In this document: positions 39,641 through 54,199 of the stretch, one piece after another
How positions within the stretch are numbered: position 1 is the stretch's first letter
How the letters are laid out: each line of letters begins with the position of its first letter
Assembly: GCA_964016885.1 (NCBI GenBank)
Contig: OZ024742.1
Coordinates: forward strand, 142,538,001 to 142,602,000
Length of the DNA stretch: 64,000 bases
DNA from: Eledone cirrhosa
Lineage: Eukaryota
Reading direction: 5' to 3'
The notes under the pieces: model-generated
What the model saw: the letters and a program-made list of their open reading frames with translations, nothing else
Told to the model about the DNA's origin: nothing
Databases searched by the model: none
Translations under genes and position numbers: made by a program

Positions 39641-40162
39641 ATGGTATGGACATGTGATGCGTATGAAGGATGACAGCTGCATAAAAAGGTGCAGAGCATG
39701 GAAACCGCGGAGTGGGGAAACCCAAGAAGACCTGGGATGAAGTGATAAAAACTGACCTTACCCAATTACACCTTTCAAAGGCAATGACATACGACTGTGA
39801 CCTCTGGCGTCAAGCAGTAATACAGAAGACCCGACCCCCCCACGGGTACAAGCCGAAGCTGAAGCATATAGACAATATGCCCCCACACCCTCCCACTGCA
39901 AAGTGGTCATGGAGGTGCCACGGCAAAAAAGCACCCAGCCCACACTGTAAAGTGGACGTGTAGGCGCCACGAAAAAGCACCCAGCACTCACTGTAAATGA
40001 GGTTGGTGTTAGGAAGGTCATCCAGCTGTAGAAATCAAGCCAGAATCAGTTCCCGTATGAGCAAGGCATGGTCAGCCGACCGGACACTGCCCACAATAGG
40101 ACAACCCGTCTAACTCATGGTAGCGTGGAAGAACGGACGTAAAACGGTGATGATGAAGATGA
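39641..40162 (+). mobile_element. RTE LINE 3' fragment (related subfamily)
   Basis: [26 protein letters not shown]; the tail aaaagcacccagcactcactgtaaatgagg is shared with the SINEs at 12501 and 34241. Confidence 0.8.
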
Positions 40163-40330
40163 TATATATATGTGTGTGTGTATATTAAAAATGTGTATAT
40201 TTGTGTATATTTATGTACACATTGGCACAATCTCAGTTATCCACGCTGTATATATACAGATACAATGTCATTGTACACTTCGGATGCTTGGTGCATTCTT
40301 TATATATAAAATATAATATATATGTCATCA

Positions 40331-40445
40331 TTCCTGATGATTTCAAAGAAATGAAACAGTTCTAGTCCTGTACAAGTAATTTCTATATGACATAAATATG
40401 TATCTTCCCTAGAAATGTATTGAGTACCTTATTTAACTGTGATTT
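40331..40445 (+). mobile_element. Diverged single-arm family A copy with hammerhead core
   Basis: CUGAUGA..GAAACAG uucuaguc CUGUA followed by atgtattgagtacctta; stem I has decayed. Confidence 0.65.
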
Positions 40446-40552
40446 TTTTCTAATACCCTTTGGAAAACCATTGAAACATCCCTTTTCCTTTGATAACTGT
40501 GAAACTAATAAGATTTTATGTAATTGTATCTCTGTGTTTGTTTTTTTTTATC

Positions 40553-40584
<32 letters not shown>

Positions 40585-40603
40585 CATACATACATACATA
40601 CAT

Positions 40604-40636
<33 letters not shown>

Positions 40637-43325
40637 AACACATATGTGATAATCACATGGGGGATTCAACCACTCAGTCACTGATCTAATCCTAATGGCT
40701 TCAGTGAGACATCCAGCCTGCATTAGATTTACAAGTAAAACGATAATCCTCATAAATCACAGCAACATCAGAGCAACATGATGTCAAATTGGATTCAAAT
40801 TTTCACATTTCTCTGTTTTCTGTTATCTCATCTAACCTTGAAAATACATAATCTTTTCTTATTACATAGAAACATAGCTTACTTTATAATTTGTTATCCT
40901 GAACCCTTCTTTTGAAGGGTATTATGGGTATATTTCCTAACCAGTTGAGTAAAGGAACCTGTGTCTGTATAGAGGGCATGTGTTAGGTGGGAACAAATAT
41001 AGCTGAGAGTTAATAACTCTCTGAATTGTCTTGCATCTTTGCTTGCCATGGTTATAACCAGCAGGCAGTCAAATGGTGAGGTTGAAAAATGCACCATTTA
41101 AAACAATTCTTTGTGCAAGCTTTGCCTAATTCCTACAGGGCTGTGCATGTATTTGAATGAGATAAATTCTATTTTACCTTATTTTTATATCATAACTCTT
41201 TTGATACCAAAATACCTGAAAACCCAGAATCATATGTAGTGTGCAAGGGAGAAGATTGTGATGTTACAGACATATAATGTGTAGGGATGAAGACAGTTGG
41301 GTAAAGAAGCTCCAAGTGGAAGAAAGCAGTGGAGGAGGAAGTTCAACGAAAACTTGGGCAGAAGTAGTGAAGATGTTAAACCTCATGTTGGAACAAAACA
41401 AGTGAAGAAACGATGAATTGGAGTGAGTCATCTAACTCATTCAAAGATGGAAAAACAGACGCAAAAATGATAAGATTTTGTACTTTAGATTCATACTTTA
41501 AAACAACTTTCAGAAAAAGATGTAAATTTGTAAATAAAGCATAAAAGTTAAAAGATCTGTAATGGTAGTGATATATGGCTGTAATGAATAATTAGAGGTT
41601 TGAAAGTAATAAGAAAAGTAATCAACTTTGATACTATTTTTTTATAAACATAAAAATCTAACAGAACCAATAGCACGTGTAATTTTTTTCCTTTTTATCT
41701 ATTTATTGATCAACATCATTTTACATCTATTTTACCATGCAGAGATGAGTTGGCCTATAATTGGACTAAAAATGTAAAGAGCCAAAACTAAATACTTCCA
41801 TGCATTTTTCCATACAATACTTTTAACAAGTTGTTTGGGCATCAAATAGAATATATTGTCGCATTTGATCTCTGACTCTCTGCTCTGTGATTTCAATTCC
41901 CACTGAAGTCAACTTTGTATTCAGGGATCAATAAAATAAAGTATTAGTCCATGGGGTGGATTAATGAAATTATTAGGGCATCTGATGTGATGTGCATGAT
42001 AATTTCTGGGTGAATAAGAAATCCCAGTGGAAGGAAACCACAGTAGTCATAGACCAAGGAAGACAGAGGCAGAGGTGGTGAGAGCTATTCTCAAATCACT
42101 GAGACTCACAGAGGAGATGAAGAAATGCAGCAAGTGGAGAGATGCCGTACTGAAGAAGACCTGTGCAAGCCTGGAAAAACCGACATAAAAACGATGATAA
42201 TGATGATGATCCAATGGGATGTGTTGCAGTATCTTTTTCAGGACTCTGTCAGTTCTGAGTTCAAATTCTGCCTAGGAATTCAAGTCTCATTGCTAGCCAC
42301 AGAAACACAACTTATTATAAAAACTAGCAATGGGCGAAGAAAGATTGTAACTGTCTGCTGCAATGAAGAGGATGACGGCTTGTTGCATAAAATAAGGAAA
42401 GAGAGTATACTCTTTTAATTGATATACATAGAATTTTGTCTAAAGGATTTTTTCTGTATATGTAGAAGCATTGTTGGCCTCCTGTATTTTAATTTAATGT
42501 ACATTTCTTTCTATAATTAAAAAAACTTATCTACATAAAAGCTGTTTTACTTTCCTCTGATAACAAAATATCTGATAGCGGAGTAAAGAAGTGGGACAAA
42601 ATAATTTTATTAATAGTGTGTATGTGTGTATTGTAAAAACTTGATGTAAAATATTCAAGGGTTTAGAGCACTTATAATATGGGACAAATTATGTATAATC
42701 AGTTCACAACAGTGTCATTAGAAAAATACTCAAGTTTCATTAAACCTAATGCCAACTCATTCAATGGCAGATAGAATATGTGTGCATCTATATATATATA
42801 TATATATATATATATCATCATCATCATCACCATTTTACGTCCGCTTTTTCCTGCTTGCAAGGGTGGGACGGGTCCTCTTCAGCACAGTATCCCTCCATTC
42901 GTCACGGTCCCTCGTCATCTCCTCTGATATATATATATATATATTGTGGTTATTTTGTGATAATTAATCAGTGGTTAGTTTTGCAGTCACAACCATCAAT
43001 CAATAAACACTGGGGTAGGCAGAATTAAGCACTCAACATCAGTATACCTTTCCTAGTATTATATGGGATCACACAGGTCTGTATATGATGGAATATTGGT
43101 AAAATAATAAAGTAGAAAGCAATAAGGATATACTTCAGCACATTGTATTTATTATGTAATAGCTGTTATACATATTACCATGAAAATATATATAACAGAT
43201 ATTATGTAATAATATGATGTGGTGAAGTATAACCTTATTGACATCTACTTATTATTATTATTATTATTATTGAATTCAAATTGCCGGCCTGGAGCCTAGA
43301 AGTAGAAACAGTTATTAAATATATA

Positions 43326-43790
43326 TCATCATCATCATCATCATCATCGTTTAACGTCCGTGTTCCACGCTTGCATGGGTTTGGATGGAGGGTTTTCCCA
43401 CTTGAGGCAAGAGTGGTTATCTTGCTTGCATAGGACTATCTGGCGGGTTTTCTACAGCTGGATGCCCTTCCTAACGCCAACCACATTTACAGTGTGGGGC
43501 TGGGAGGTTTTTACCGTGTTGCCTACACGGCCACATTACAGCATGAACTGTGTGTTTTTTTACGTGACACCTACACGATCTCATTTGTTTCGGCCTGGAT
43601 GTTGTGGCACCAACATAACTTTACATTGAAAGGGGCGGTGTGGATGGGCTGGGGGTGGTGGGATGGGGGTGTATTTTGTTAGAGATGCCTACTGACTGTA
43701 GTAGGTTTTACTTTGTACTTAGGTAAGGCGGGTCTTCTCTATTACTGAGTACCGCCAAAGGTCTCGGTCCAGTGACATTGTCTTGGTGAG
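43326..43790 (-). mobile_element. RTE 3' UTR fragment with (ATG)n tail
   Basis: Homolog of 866-1300. Confidence 0.88.
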
Positions 43791-43964
43791 GTGTATATAT
43801 ATATATATAAGGAGTTTTTACATTTTCAGCACGATATAGTCCCCTTTGATTTCAGTTTTTCAACCAACAGAATTTCCTTTACTAAAAACGTTCCTATCAA
43901 CGGTGTTCTAAGAGATGGTGAAATGATCAGACCTCAAAGAATTTTTTTTCATTACATTTGTGTG

Positions 43965-43974
<10 letters not shown>

Positions 43975-44046
<72 letters not shown>
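43975..44046. repeat. (TG)n microsatellite
   Basis: Direct reading. Confidence 0.95.
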
Positions 44047-44047
<1 letters not shown>

Positions 44048-46199
44048 CAACATCAAATCTCAATATTTATACACTATTGTGAAAAATATATTTTAAGCTG
44101 AGGAAGCCTCAATGCAATCATTGAACTCATGAAAAATAGCAAACAAATATCCCTCAAATCATACCCTGTAGTGAATAATGTCCAATAATCACCCTCCAAG
44201 ATGATAAACAAAACCTGTCAAAGAGCAGAGCAACTCGTGTGAGTCAATGGCCATCCATTAGCATATACATATCTGGGTTGCAGTCAGGTCAGGTTTTTCT
44301 GGTTTCCCTGGATTTTCTTGCTATTGGCTACCATGTAACCCAGTACTACCTGCCACATATGGCCAGATGGAGGACGTTAGCCTTGACTGATAGTCCATCT
44401 AGGAGAAGGAAAACTCTGAATCCAAACCTCTGCTGACTTGCAGTGATATCCAATCATGGGAAGGCCTCAGGAGTAAACCTTGTGGAAAAATCCAGAGTCA
44501 GAGCCCCTAAGGCAGTTCATCGTTGATTACAACTTTGTTCTGGCAGCTCCTGCTACAGCACTGCTGCCAAACTGTAGCAGCCTCGCTGTTCCTTTGGGTC
44601 CAGCAACGTTGTGGAGAGTGGAGGACATGCTACATGGGCAACATCCTGTCCTCCAAATCACATCGCCCAGGCTTGTATCCAGCCACTCCATTCTTAGAGT
44701 GAATAATGTAGCTTTAGACACAGTATGAATTTACAAAAGATAGGTTGGTCATGGCTGGAAGATTCCCTTGATATAGGTTTAGCCTAGGTTTAAATCCCAA
44801 CATCCTGCTGAACATATGCTTTTATCATAGTTACATATAAATTATCAGATAAATTAATACCAATGGCAATTATCTATACAAAGACACATAAAAATGAATG
44901 CACTATCAATTTTCACTTATCTCCATAGTGAATGTAGAACACTTAATTATTTTGAGTATTTTCTGAAGTTTATTATCTATTTAATAGTTTCAGTCATCAA
45001 AGTGTGGTCATGCTAGAGCACTTCTTTCAATGAACAAAGTGCTTAGTCTAGTACTTGGGTTTATTTATCTAGTAACTGAATTTAACTTCAGTTACACTCC
45101 TTGTAGGGGGTTATATCCCTTTGTGGATTAAATACCACCAAGAATTGACCCCAATTTACACATCTGTGCAGAAACAGACATACACACAACGATTTAGATG
45201 TGACTTGGTCTATTCATACCCCTCCCACTGTCACTCTTTATTAACTATTATTGTCATCACCACACCTTCACCCTATCCTATATTACTGTAGTGGATGTGA
45301 CCCCTAGTTTGGCTATACTCACCCCCCCCCCCGTCATCACTCTTTAGTAATTATTCTTATCATCATTTTATCCATCCACTATATCCTACACTACTTCCAT
45401 TCCTTTCTTCCTCCTATTACCCTGTTAAATCCCACCACACTTGTCATTCACCTATGACATCATTCTTGTCATCCTTCTTACACCACATCCTCCTTTTCTC
45501 ATACCTTGGAACAAGTCATCCTCTCTTCCCATTCCCTCTGTTAAATATATGGTAAAGAAGAATGCTCTACCCAACAACCAACCACCTCCCTAGTACTGGT
45601 GCCACAATAAAATGCACTCATTGGTTGTTGATAGGAAGAGTATCCAACTCTAGAAACCATGCCAAAACCAGAATGTATATGAGATATGGCTGCTGCCAGT
45701 CTGGTAGGACAGTAGCTCTGATTAAGCAGGCTTAGTCTGTGATGACCCATCCAACAATTGCTAACATACAAAAACAGATGTTCAATGATGATGAGGATGA
45801 TATACATACATACAGGTTTGTATTCTAAATATGTCAGGTGGAAAAAACTTCAATCAAGTGAGATAATCCTTGAAATTTCAATTGTGTTCTGATACAAAGA
45901 AGCAAAAAAACAGAACCCCTGAACTAATCCAAATTTTTTTAAACATTTTAAACAATATAGTGGAAGAAGGCTTTGTTTTTATGCCAACATGGTGACAGCA
46001 GCAAACATATTGTGATCTTATAAGACCTCAATATATAATGTGATATGCATGAACATATATATATTCATTATTAAGTCTAAGCTTCAATCTTGTTTCTTTT
46101 TTGTACTCACAGGTTTTTCAGTATGGTGTTATGTACTCATTCTTGCAACCATCATTACTAAGCAAATATATATATTATATATATACAATGATGATGATG

Positions 46200-46270
<71 letters not shown>

Positions 46271-46275
<5 letters not shown>

Positions 46276-46980
46276 AGACTGGAGAAGAACGAAGCATGCA
46301 TGCTCCGCTGGATGTGTAATAGTAATATACGAGAACAGCAAAGCATAAATGAACTAAGTGAGAAATTAGGTATAAGAGGGATCAGATGCTGTTTACTCGA
46401 GAGAAGATTAGTTGGTATGGTCACGTGTTGCGCATGAAAGACAACAGCTGTATAAAAAAGTGCAGGACGATCAAAATTGCCGGAAGTTACGGAGTAGGCA
46501 GACCCAGAAAAACCTGGAACGATTTGATAAATTCCGACCTTACACACTTGCACCTCTCTAAGACAATGTCACTGGACTGAGATCTTTGGCAGTACGCAGT
46601 AATACAGAAAACCCGCCTTGCGTAAGTACAAAGCGAAACCTACAGTCAGTAGGCACCTCTTAAACAAAAATACACCCCCATCCCACTACCCCCACCACCA
46701 CCCCACCCCATCAACACCACCCCTTTCTCTGTAAAGTTATGTTGGTACCACAACATCCAGTCCTAAATGAATGAGGTCGTGTAGGTGTCACGACAAAAAA
46801 AACACAGTCCACGCTGTAATATGGCCGTGTAGGTAACACGGTAAAAACCTCCCAGTCCACACTGTAAATGTGGTTGGTGTTAGGAAGGGCATCCAGCCAT
46901 AGAAAACCTGCCAGACAGTCCTATACGAGCGAGACGACCAATCTTGCCTCAGGTGGGATAATTCCCGTCTAAACCCATCT
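46271..46980 (+). mobile_element. RTE LINE 3' fragment
   Basis: WYGHVLRMKD, GRPRKTW and the family 3' UTR; truncated where the family A element starts. Confidence 0.88.
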
Positions 46981-46984
46981 AAAG

Positions 46985-47172
46985 TTATTCCGGGTTGAAT
47001 CGGGGATAACCACAGTAAGTAAGGTACTCAATACATAGCAGAGTATAAATGTTTTAATATAGGAAAGCTTCTACAGGACTAGAACTGTTTCATTCGTGAG
47101 AAAGCATCAGGAAGCTCCTGATGATTTCTCACGAATGAAACAGTTCTAGTCCTGTAGAAGCTCTTCTATATT
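46985..47172. mobile_element. Family A mini fold-back, hammerhead motifs at 47067-47115(-) and 47113-47161(+)
   Basis: Same terminus and same apex aggaagctcctga as 15505-15691. The minus-strand core reads CUGAUGC (mutated). Confidence 0.8.
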
Positions 47173-47189
47173 TTATATATATATATATA

Positions 47190-48725
47190 CTGAAGGCCAC
47201 AAATGAGGTATGTGACTGGAGCAGAGGCCCAGGGAGTAGGGGAGTGACTAGGTGGTGGAAAAGTAAGGTGGAGGGAACAATTAAGGCTCAGAGACAGGTA
47301 TGGAAAGGATGCCAAAATGGGGGAAGCAGAGAATTTTACTCAGAGGCCAGGAGAGCAGCTAGGCCTCAAGTATACTCTGTAATGAGAGAAGCTGAAAATA
47401 AGTTTATGCATGTTATGTGATGTGAAAACCAAAGTGTTTAGGATTGTGAGGCAGTGTGTCAGGGAAAATAGTGATGTTGTGGGGGAGAAGTGTGTCTGAA
47501 TTGACAATGGTGTACTTGCCTTCACGGATGCTGAAAAGAAGACAGCATGGAAGTGTCGTTATGAGAGACTGATGAATGAGGAGAACAAGTGGAAGATAGT
47601 CTGCCACAAGTAGACCTGCTGTACAAGTCAGCAGCAGTGTAGTAAGTAAGGCAATTAAGGATATGAAAACAGACAAAGCAGCCAGGCCATCAGGAATAGC
47701 TGCTGAGATGCTGAAAGCATCTGTGATGGTAGGTCATACTATAACCACCCATATTGTAAAGCAAGTAATACAAAATGGTGTTACATCCAATGACTGGAGT
47801 AGCAGCATCATTGTCAATTGCTACAAGGGCAAAGGTGGTGCACTAAACAAAGGAAACTATTAAGGTATCAAATTGATGGAGTAGGTCATGAAAGTTACAG
47901 AAAGAGTCATTGTACAACTGATTAAGGACCAAATTAACATTTATTTTTGTTAGGTAAAAGATGCTCTCTGCCTTGTGAGGCAACTGAAGAAGTACCAGCA
48001 AAAAGTAAACACCTCTACTTGGCATTTGTTGACCTGGAAAAAGCTTTTGACAGGGTCCTCTGTTCTGTAATTTATGGGCATTTAGGGAACTAGGGATGGA
48101 CGAGTGGCTTGTGAGAACAATACAAGCCATGTACAGAGGAGCAGTCAGCAAAGTTAAAATTAATAATGACTCTAGTGAGGAGTTTAACATGCAAGTTGGG
48201 GTCCACCAGGGCTCTGTCCTTAGCCATCTACTGTTTATTATCACCCTGCAGGCTATAACAGAAGAGTTAAAGACTAGCTGCCCATGGGAATTCTTGTATG
48301 TTAATGATTTAACTCTCATAGCTGAATCTATGGCAGAACTAGAGGAAAGATTCCTGACCTGAAAACATAACCTGGAATTAAAAGATCTTAAAGTCAACTT
48401 GGCAACGACCAAAGTTCTAGTAAGTAGTAAGGAAAACAAGGCCCTGATCTCTTCTGGGATATGGTCCTGCTCAGTATGTGGGAAAGGGGTGGGTAGAAAT
48501 TCTATCCTCTGTCCCAAATGAAAACTATCGGTACACAAGAGATGTAGTGGGATCTTAGGAAGGCTAGCAAAGAATGTAGGTTTTACATGTGGCCATTGCA
48601 CAGGAGCAGTAAGAAACAAAGGTTCATAGAAAACAATTCTTAGAGTGTACTGTAGAAGCAATTGACGGTTTCTGCTACCTGGGTAACCAAATTAGCAGTA
48701 GAGGTGGCTGTTCTGAAAGTACAAT
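47190..48725 (+). pseudogene. Older degenerate RTE ORF (RT region and PHD-like finger)
   Basis: KAARPSGIAAEMLK, AFVDLEKAFDRV, GVHQGSVLS, YVNDL, WSCSVCGKGVG; many stops. Confidence 0.85.
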
Positions 48726-49431
48726 AACCACATATATAATCATCATTTTTACATCAGCTTTTCTATGTTAGCATGGGTCGGATGGGATTTTTTGAGGCAA
48801 TATTTTACAGCCAGGTACCCTTCCTGACACCAACCCTTTTAGTGACTTCTTATGACATATATGAGACTTCTGTGAAGTGTACATCTCCCAAATTCAACTG
48901 ACGGTTTCGTTCTGAATGCTACTATAGCAGAAAATACTCTTCCAAAGTACTGCAGAATGGAATTAGTATCAGAGCCACCACAGTGGCTCCATCATCGGTT
49001 TCTAATTCAGTCTATATATCCATGTGGGATAAACAACAACCGCCATCGCCAACACCCCACCACTACCCCCCACAACCACAACTGCCACCACCACCATCAT
49101 CATTATCATCAGATATCATCTGCTTTAAGTAGATTATTCTAATGCTACCTAAAATTAAGTATGGATATGTACATGCTGGTGCTCCAATCTCTCCCATGGT
49201 GGCTGGTAGGTTAAAGTGGGATTTGAACTCGGAATATAAAAAAAAAACAATAAATAACACATGATAGTACTCTGATCGGTCAGAATAGAAATTAATTCAT
49301 GAAACCTATTCCAAAACAGACAAAATTCTCATTGTACTACAATACTAAGGAGACTACAATTTGTAGTCTCCTTAGTATTAACTACAAGACTGTTTTAGTC
49401 AGGTTATTTAGATTGGGAAATGTTCCACTGC

Positions 49432-49516
<85 letters not shown>

Positions 49517-49655
49517 CAAAGAAGGTGTGATAAGATAGCAGGTGGACCATAACACACCAGAGTACTCGATACTTAGAGTAGTAGAGTGGGTAATAGGAAA
49601 AGAGTCTTGCTGTTGAAACGGTCGGAGCTCAGCCATCGGGGTCCTGACTCTTTTC

Positions 49656-49691
<36 letters not shown>

Positions 49692-50538
49692 TATTAGGGA
49701 GAGGATCAGGGGTGTATAACACTCCACTTATCCAACAGGCAGTATATATATATATATATATATATATCATTTAGGACACTCGTGTGGGAGGAATTTCCTA
49801 GAGAAGTTTTGTTTACTCCTCAGATCAGAGCATGTGTACATAGAGAGTGTTGGACTTTATCAGTTCCACTGATGCCTGTTCCAGTTACTTGAACAATGGA
49901 ACAGCTTGCTCGTGTAATTAATGTATAAGTAAATTGAGGATTCTTTAGAAATGTGTACTGTTAACACAATTCACAGGAAGATTCATCATGGTATAGTGTG
50001 TGACAAGGTTGGCTGTATGAATTACAGATAAAACTCATTTTTGCTAGCTGAGTAGCTTGGAGCAATGAGAAATAAAGTGTCTTGCTCAAGGACACAAGGT
50101 ACAGCTGGGTATCAAACTCACACCCTTACAATTGTGCGTCAAACACCCAAGCCACAAAGCTATGTACATCCAAACATAGATAGGCACACACCCACGCACT
50201 AATGATTTAAGTTGACAAAGCAGGTGGGATTGTTTGTACATTTGTATAATATTACTGTTTTATTGACCTGTGCACATTATTCAAACATGTCTGTGTGTAT
50301 GTGTCTCTCTTTGTATGTAGTTAACTAATTGTATTTTTCTATGTAGCTTTATTATTTCTGGGGGACCTTATATCATATCAAAATATTTACAGTTCAGTAG
50401 TGGACATAATGTTTTTAAGAATTGGTTTCTATTGTGAGCCTGTTAATGAATATTTTTATGTAACTACATTTACTTGTACTTTGCCTGTGCAAATATTATA
50501 TCATCATCATCGTTTAATGTTTATTTTCAATGCTAGCA

Positions 50539-50576
<38 letters not shown>

Positions 50577-51625
50577 AATGGATGTATGTATACTGAATAC
50601 CACATATACATGATCAATTCATGGTTTTATCTGTAGACAGAAAATATAAACAAAAGGAAAAGTTAAAGCTGATTGTAAGCTACTAAATGAAAAGGTGAGA
50701 ATAATTACTATGAGAAAAAAACACTGATATTTAAATAATAGTGGTGAGAAATTTATATTAAAAGGGTTAAAGTAAATTTCATATAGATATGACTAAAGTT
50801 ACAGAAAAACACAAGAAATTGTCTTTGTGCATTTTGGAGAGTTTCTCTCCTCATCAGATGATTACTTCTGATTCTGTCAACAGAGGAATCTTACAATTAT
50901 AATGCTGTATATGTCAAACAGAATGTAAAATATAGCTGAAATGGTAATTTTAGAGGCAAGTAACAGTTATTGGCAGATGTTTCTTGCTTAATAGGCATAA
51001 TCAGTATAGGATTTAATTTTGCAAACTTACACTTGGTTAATAACGTTCTCAACTTTTTTGTATGTGTTAAAATGTCAGAGGTAAGAAGGACATCATGACA
51101 TATATGTTTGTATGAACATGCGCGCTTGCAAGCGTGTCTGTGTTTATATGTGCAAATATGTATGTACATACATATGTAAGTGTGTGCTAGTGTGTATGTC
51201 CACCTACCAACACAACAAACTGTTTAACTATCAATAAATAAACAGTAATACCCAAATGTATTTAGTCTCATGGCCTCATTGGCAAATCCTCACTCCCAAG
51301 CTGCCAAAAAAGAATCCCTGAAGAGTCTAATTTCAAAGGTGATACTACTCAATACATATGGATAGGATTCCATATATTTATTTATTCATAAGCCATTATA
51401 TACTTGTACTCAAGTAAATATTTAACAATAAAGCAACTTATATATACATATCTATTTATATCAACCCTCTCTTCAATCTCAGTCTTATCAATCTATACAA
51501 GTTGGTGCATTGACACATGGCGTGTTCTGAAGCCATTTCTATATCTATAATGTTTATTTTAATATATATAGCTGAGTGTGTGCATGCATATGTATGTATA
51601 TATATGTATGTATGTGTATATACAT

Positions 51626-51697
<72 letters not shown>

Positions 51698-51819
51698 TGT
51701 GTGTGTACGTGTATTTTAAAATGTGGGAATTCCAAACACAGAAAATATCTGTAACAACAGTTGACTACTATAAATAATAGCTTAGAAAACCAGATATATT
51801 AGAAAACTCCTATAGACAA

Positions 51820-52442
51820 ATCAAGTGTCCAGTGGCCACTACTGAGAATCGACTTTGTATGTGAGATATGCACAGAGGTAATTAATAGTAAGATCCCTCA
51901 GTAGAATAAGCTTTGTCCAAGCTCCAGAGAAGTAGTTGATAGGTTTTGTTACAAATTGGCAATGGAAGCAGTTGCTTTTGAAACATAGTAGCTAGAATAT
52001 GAACAGGCTGGAAAAAGTACATAGAGATACTGTCTCTGTTGACAACAAAAATGTTTCTTTCTATGCAGAGGATATGCAAAGGTTGGAGAGAAAATAATTG
52101 AGCACGATTCAATGGATATGTGATGTTAAGGTACATGAACAGTAAAGCATGAGTGAGCTCAGAGAAAAATTAAGTATAAGCAGAATCAAATGTTATGTGC
52201 AAGACAAAAGAGAAGACTGTGACCGCATAACTATGAGATGCTCATGGATGATGATCATTTGGTGAGGAAGTGCCAAAAGTTCCAAGTGGAAGGAAGCTGC
52301 AACATAGAAAGGACAAGGAAGACCGGGGCAGAGGTAATAAGAGCATATCTCAAAACATTGAACCTCAGGAAGGATATGACAAAGGAACACATATGGAAGG
52401 ATGTAAGCATGGAAAGAAGGATGTAAAATTGATGATGATGAT
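51820..52442 (+). mobile_element. Highly decayed RTE 3' fragment
   Basis: Residual similarity to the RTE C-terminus and a (GAT)n tail. Confidence 0.5.
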
Positions 52443-52796
52443 GGTGTGTGTGGTACCCACAAATAACTATTTTATGTTACAAATAATTAAAAAGAACCTC
52501 TACTCAGTCAACTGATTGCCTGAAATAGCAGCCCAATCTCACTTAAATCACTCCCTACTACCTTGCAAAATGAAAGAAACGCATTGGATTATGGATCATG
52601 CAGAGTCACAGAATAAACGATGAGATGGGATGGTGACAGCTGGAATACCTTTCTTTAATCCTAAATATGCTTGCTCAGAAACAACACATACAGAAAAGTA
52701 CCTAGATGATGGTAATTCTGTGTTTATAAAATATCATCATCATCATCATCATCATCTTCGTTTAACGTCCATTTTCCACGCTAGCATGGGTTAGAT

Positions 52797-52843
<47 letters not shown>

Positions 52844-52989
52844 TGCATCTCTGTGTGCATATGTGTATATATTTGTGTGTGTATGCATTCATATGTGTGT
52901 TTGTGTGTGTGTGCATAAGTGTGCCAGGTCAGATAAGTGTAGTGAGATTACGATAATTAGGTGTTCCAAGGAACAACTTACTATCACCT

Positions 52990-53027
<38 letters not shown>

Positions 53028-53835
53028 CCCTGCCCAGCCATTCTCTTCCTTTCTCCCTGCCTCTCTCTCAAATCCAATTTGTAATACATGGAGCTATAAC
53101 AGTTATATCTACTGCCTGTAGTTATATATATATATAAAGCACCCGGCCCACACAATAAAGTGGTCGTGATGGTGACACAACAAAAAGCACCCAGCCCACA
53201 CTGTAAAGAAGTCATGTAGGACTCACAACAAAAAGCACGCAGCACATACTGTAAATGTTAGAAAGGCCATCCAGCCGTAGAAACCAAGCCAGAAATAATT
53301 CTGTATGAGCAAGACACAGTCACCTGACGCAACTTGCCTCAAACAGGACAACCTGTCCAACTCATGCTAACATGGAAAAATAATGGTTTCTTATATAGGC
53401 ACAAGGCCAGTAATTTGGGAGGAAGGGAAAGTTGATTAAATCGACCCCAGTACGTAACTGGTACTTTTTTTTATCGACCCCGTAAGGATAATAAGGCAAA
53501 GTTAACCTCGGCGGGATTTGAACTCAGATCGTGGAAAAATAATTGTGTTCTACTTTTGGCACAAGGCCAGCAATTATCCCAGTGTACTGCTGGTACTTTA
53601 TTTTATCGAATCCGTAAGGATGAAAGGCAAAGTTAACATCGGCGGGATTTGAACTCAGACCATAAAGGGCCGTAACTCTTTGCTGCAAAGCATGGCGTCC
53701 AACCCTCTACCGATACTGCCAATCCACCACCCTTGGATCATGGAAAAATAATGGATATTAAACGGTGATAATGGTGACGGTGATGGTGTGTGTGTGTGTA
53801 ATAAATGATCAGTTTTTGAAAGTCAGTACAATGTG

Positions 53836-53868
<33 letters not shown>

Positions 53869-53874
<6 letters not shown>

Positions 53875-53933
53875 ATGTTCCTTATAAATATGAAACACAC
53901 TAATGTACAGCATCCAGACGGTACTTTGTCCTT

Positions 53934-53998
<65 letters not shown>

Positions 53999-54066
53999 AT
54001 ATATAACAAAGTACGGTCTGGATGCTGTACATTAGTGTGTTTCATATTTATAAGGAACATTTTTTT
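53869..54066. repeat. 60-bp inverted arms enclosing a (TA)n spacer
   Basis: 53870-53929 versus 54006-54066. Confidence 0.88.
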
Positions 54067-54199
54067 TTTTTGTTGGAATCACCTCATATCAATTGTGCCC
54101 TGAATCCATACACATAGAATATGAGAAGATATGAATATATTTAGGGGTTGTACAATTTCGTGCTTTTTGAATGCTATGCAAAAATATGCAAAAAATTTA

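Noticed and set aside
40690-41150. Possible coding exons (splice-like signals on the minus strand; similarly 25480-25755)
   Set aside because: Stops in the minus-strand frames tested and no recognisable protein motif.
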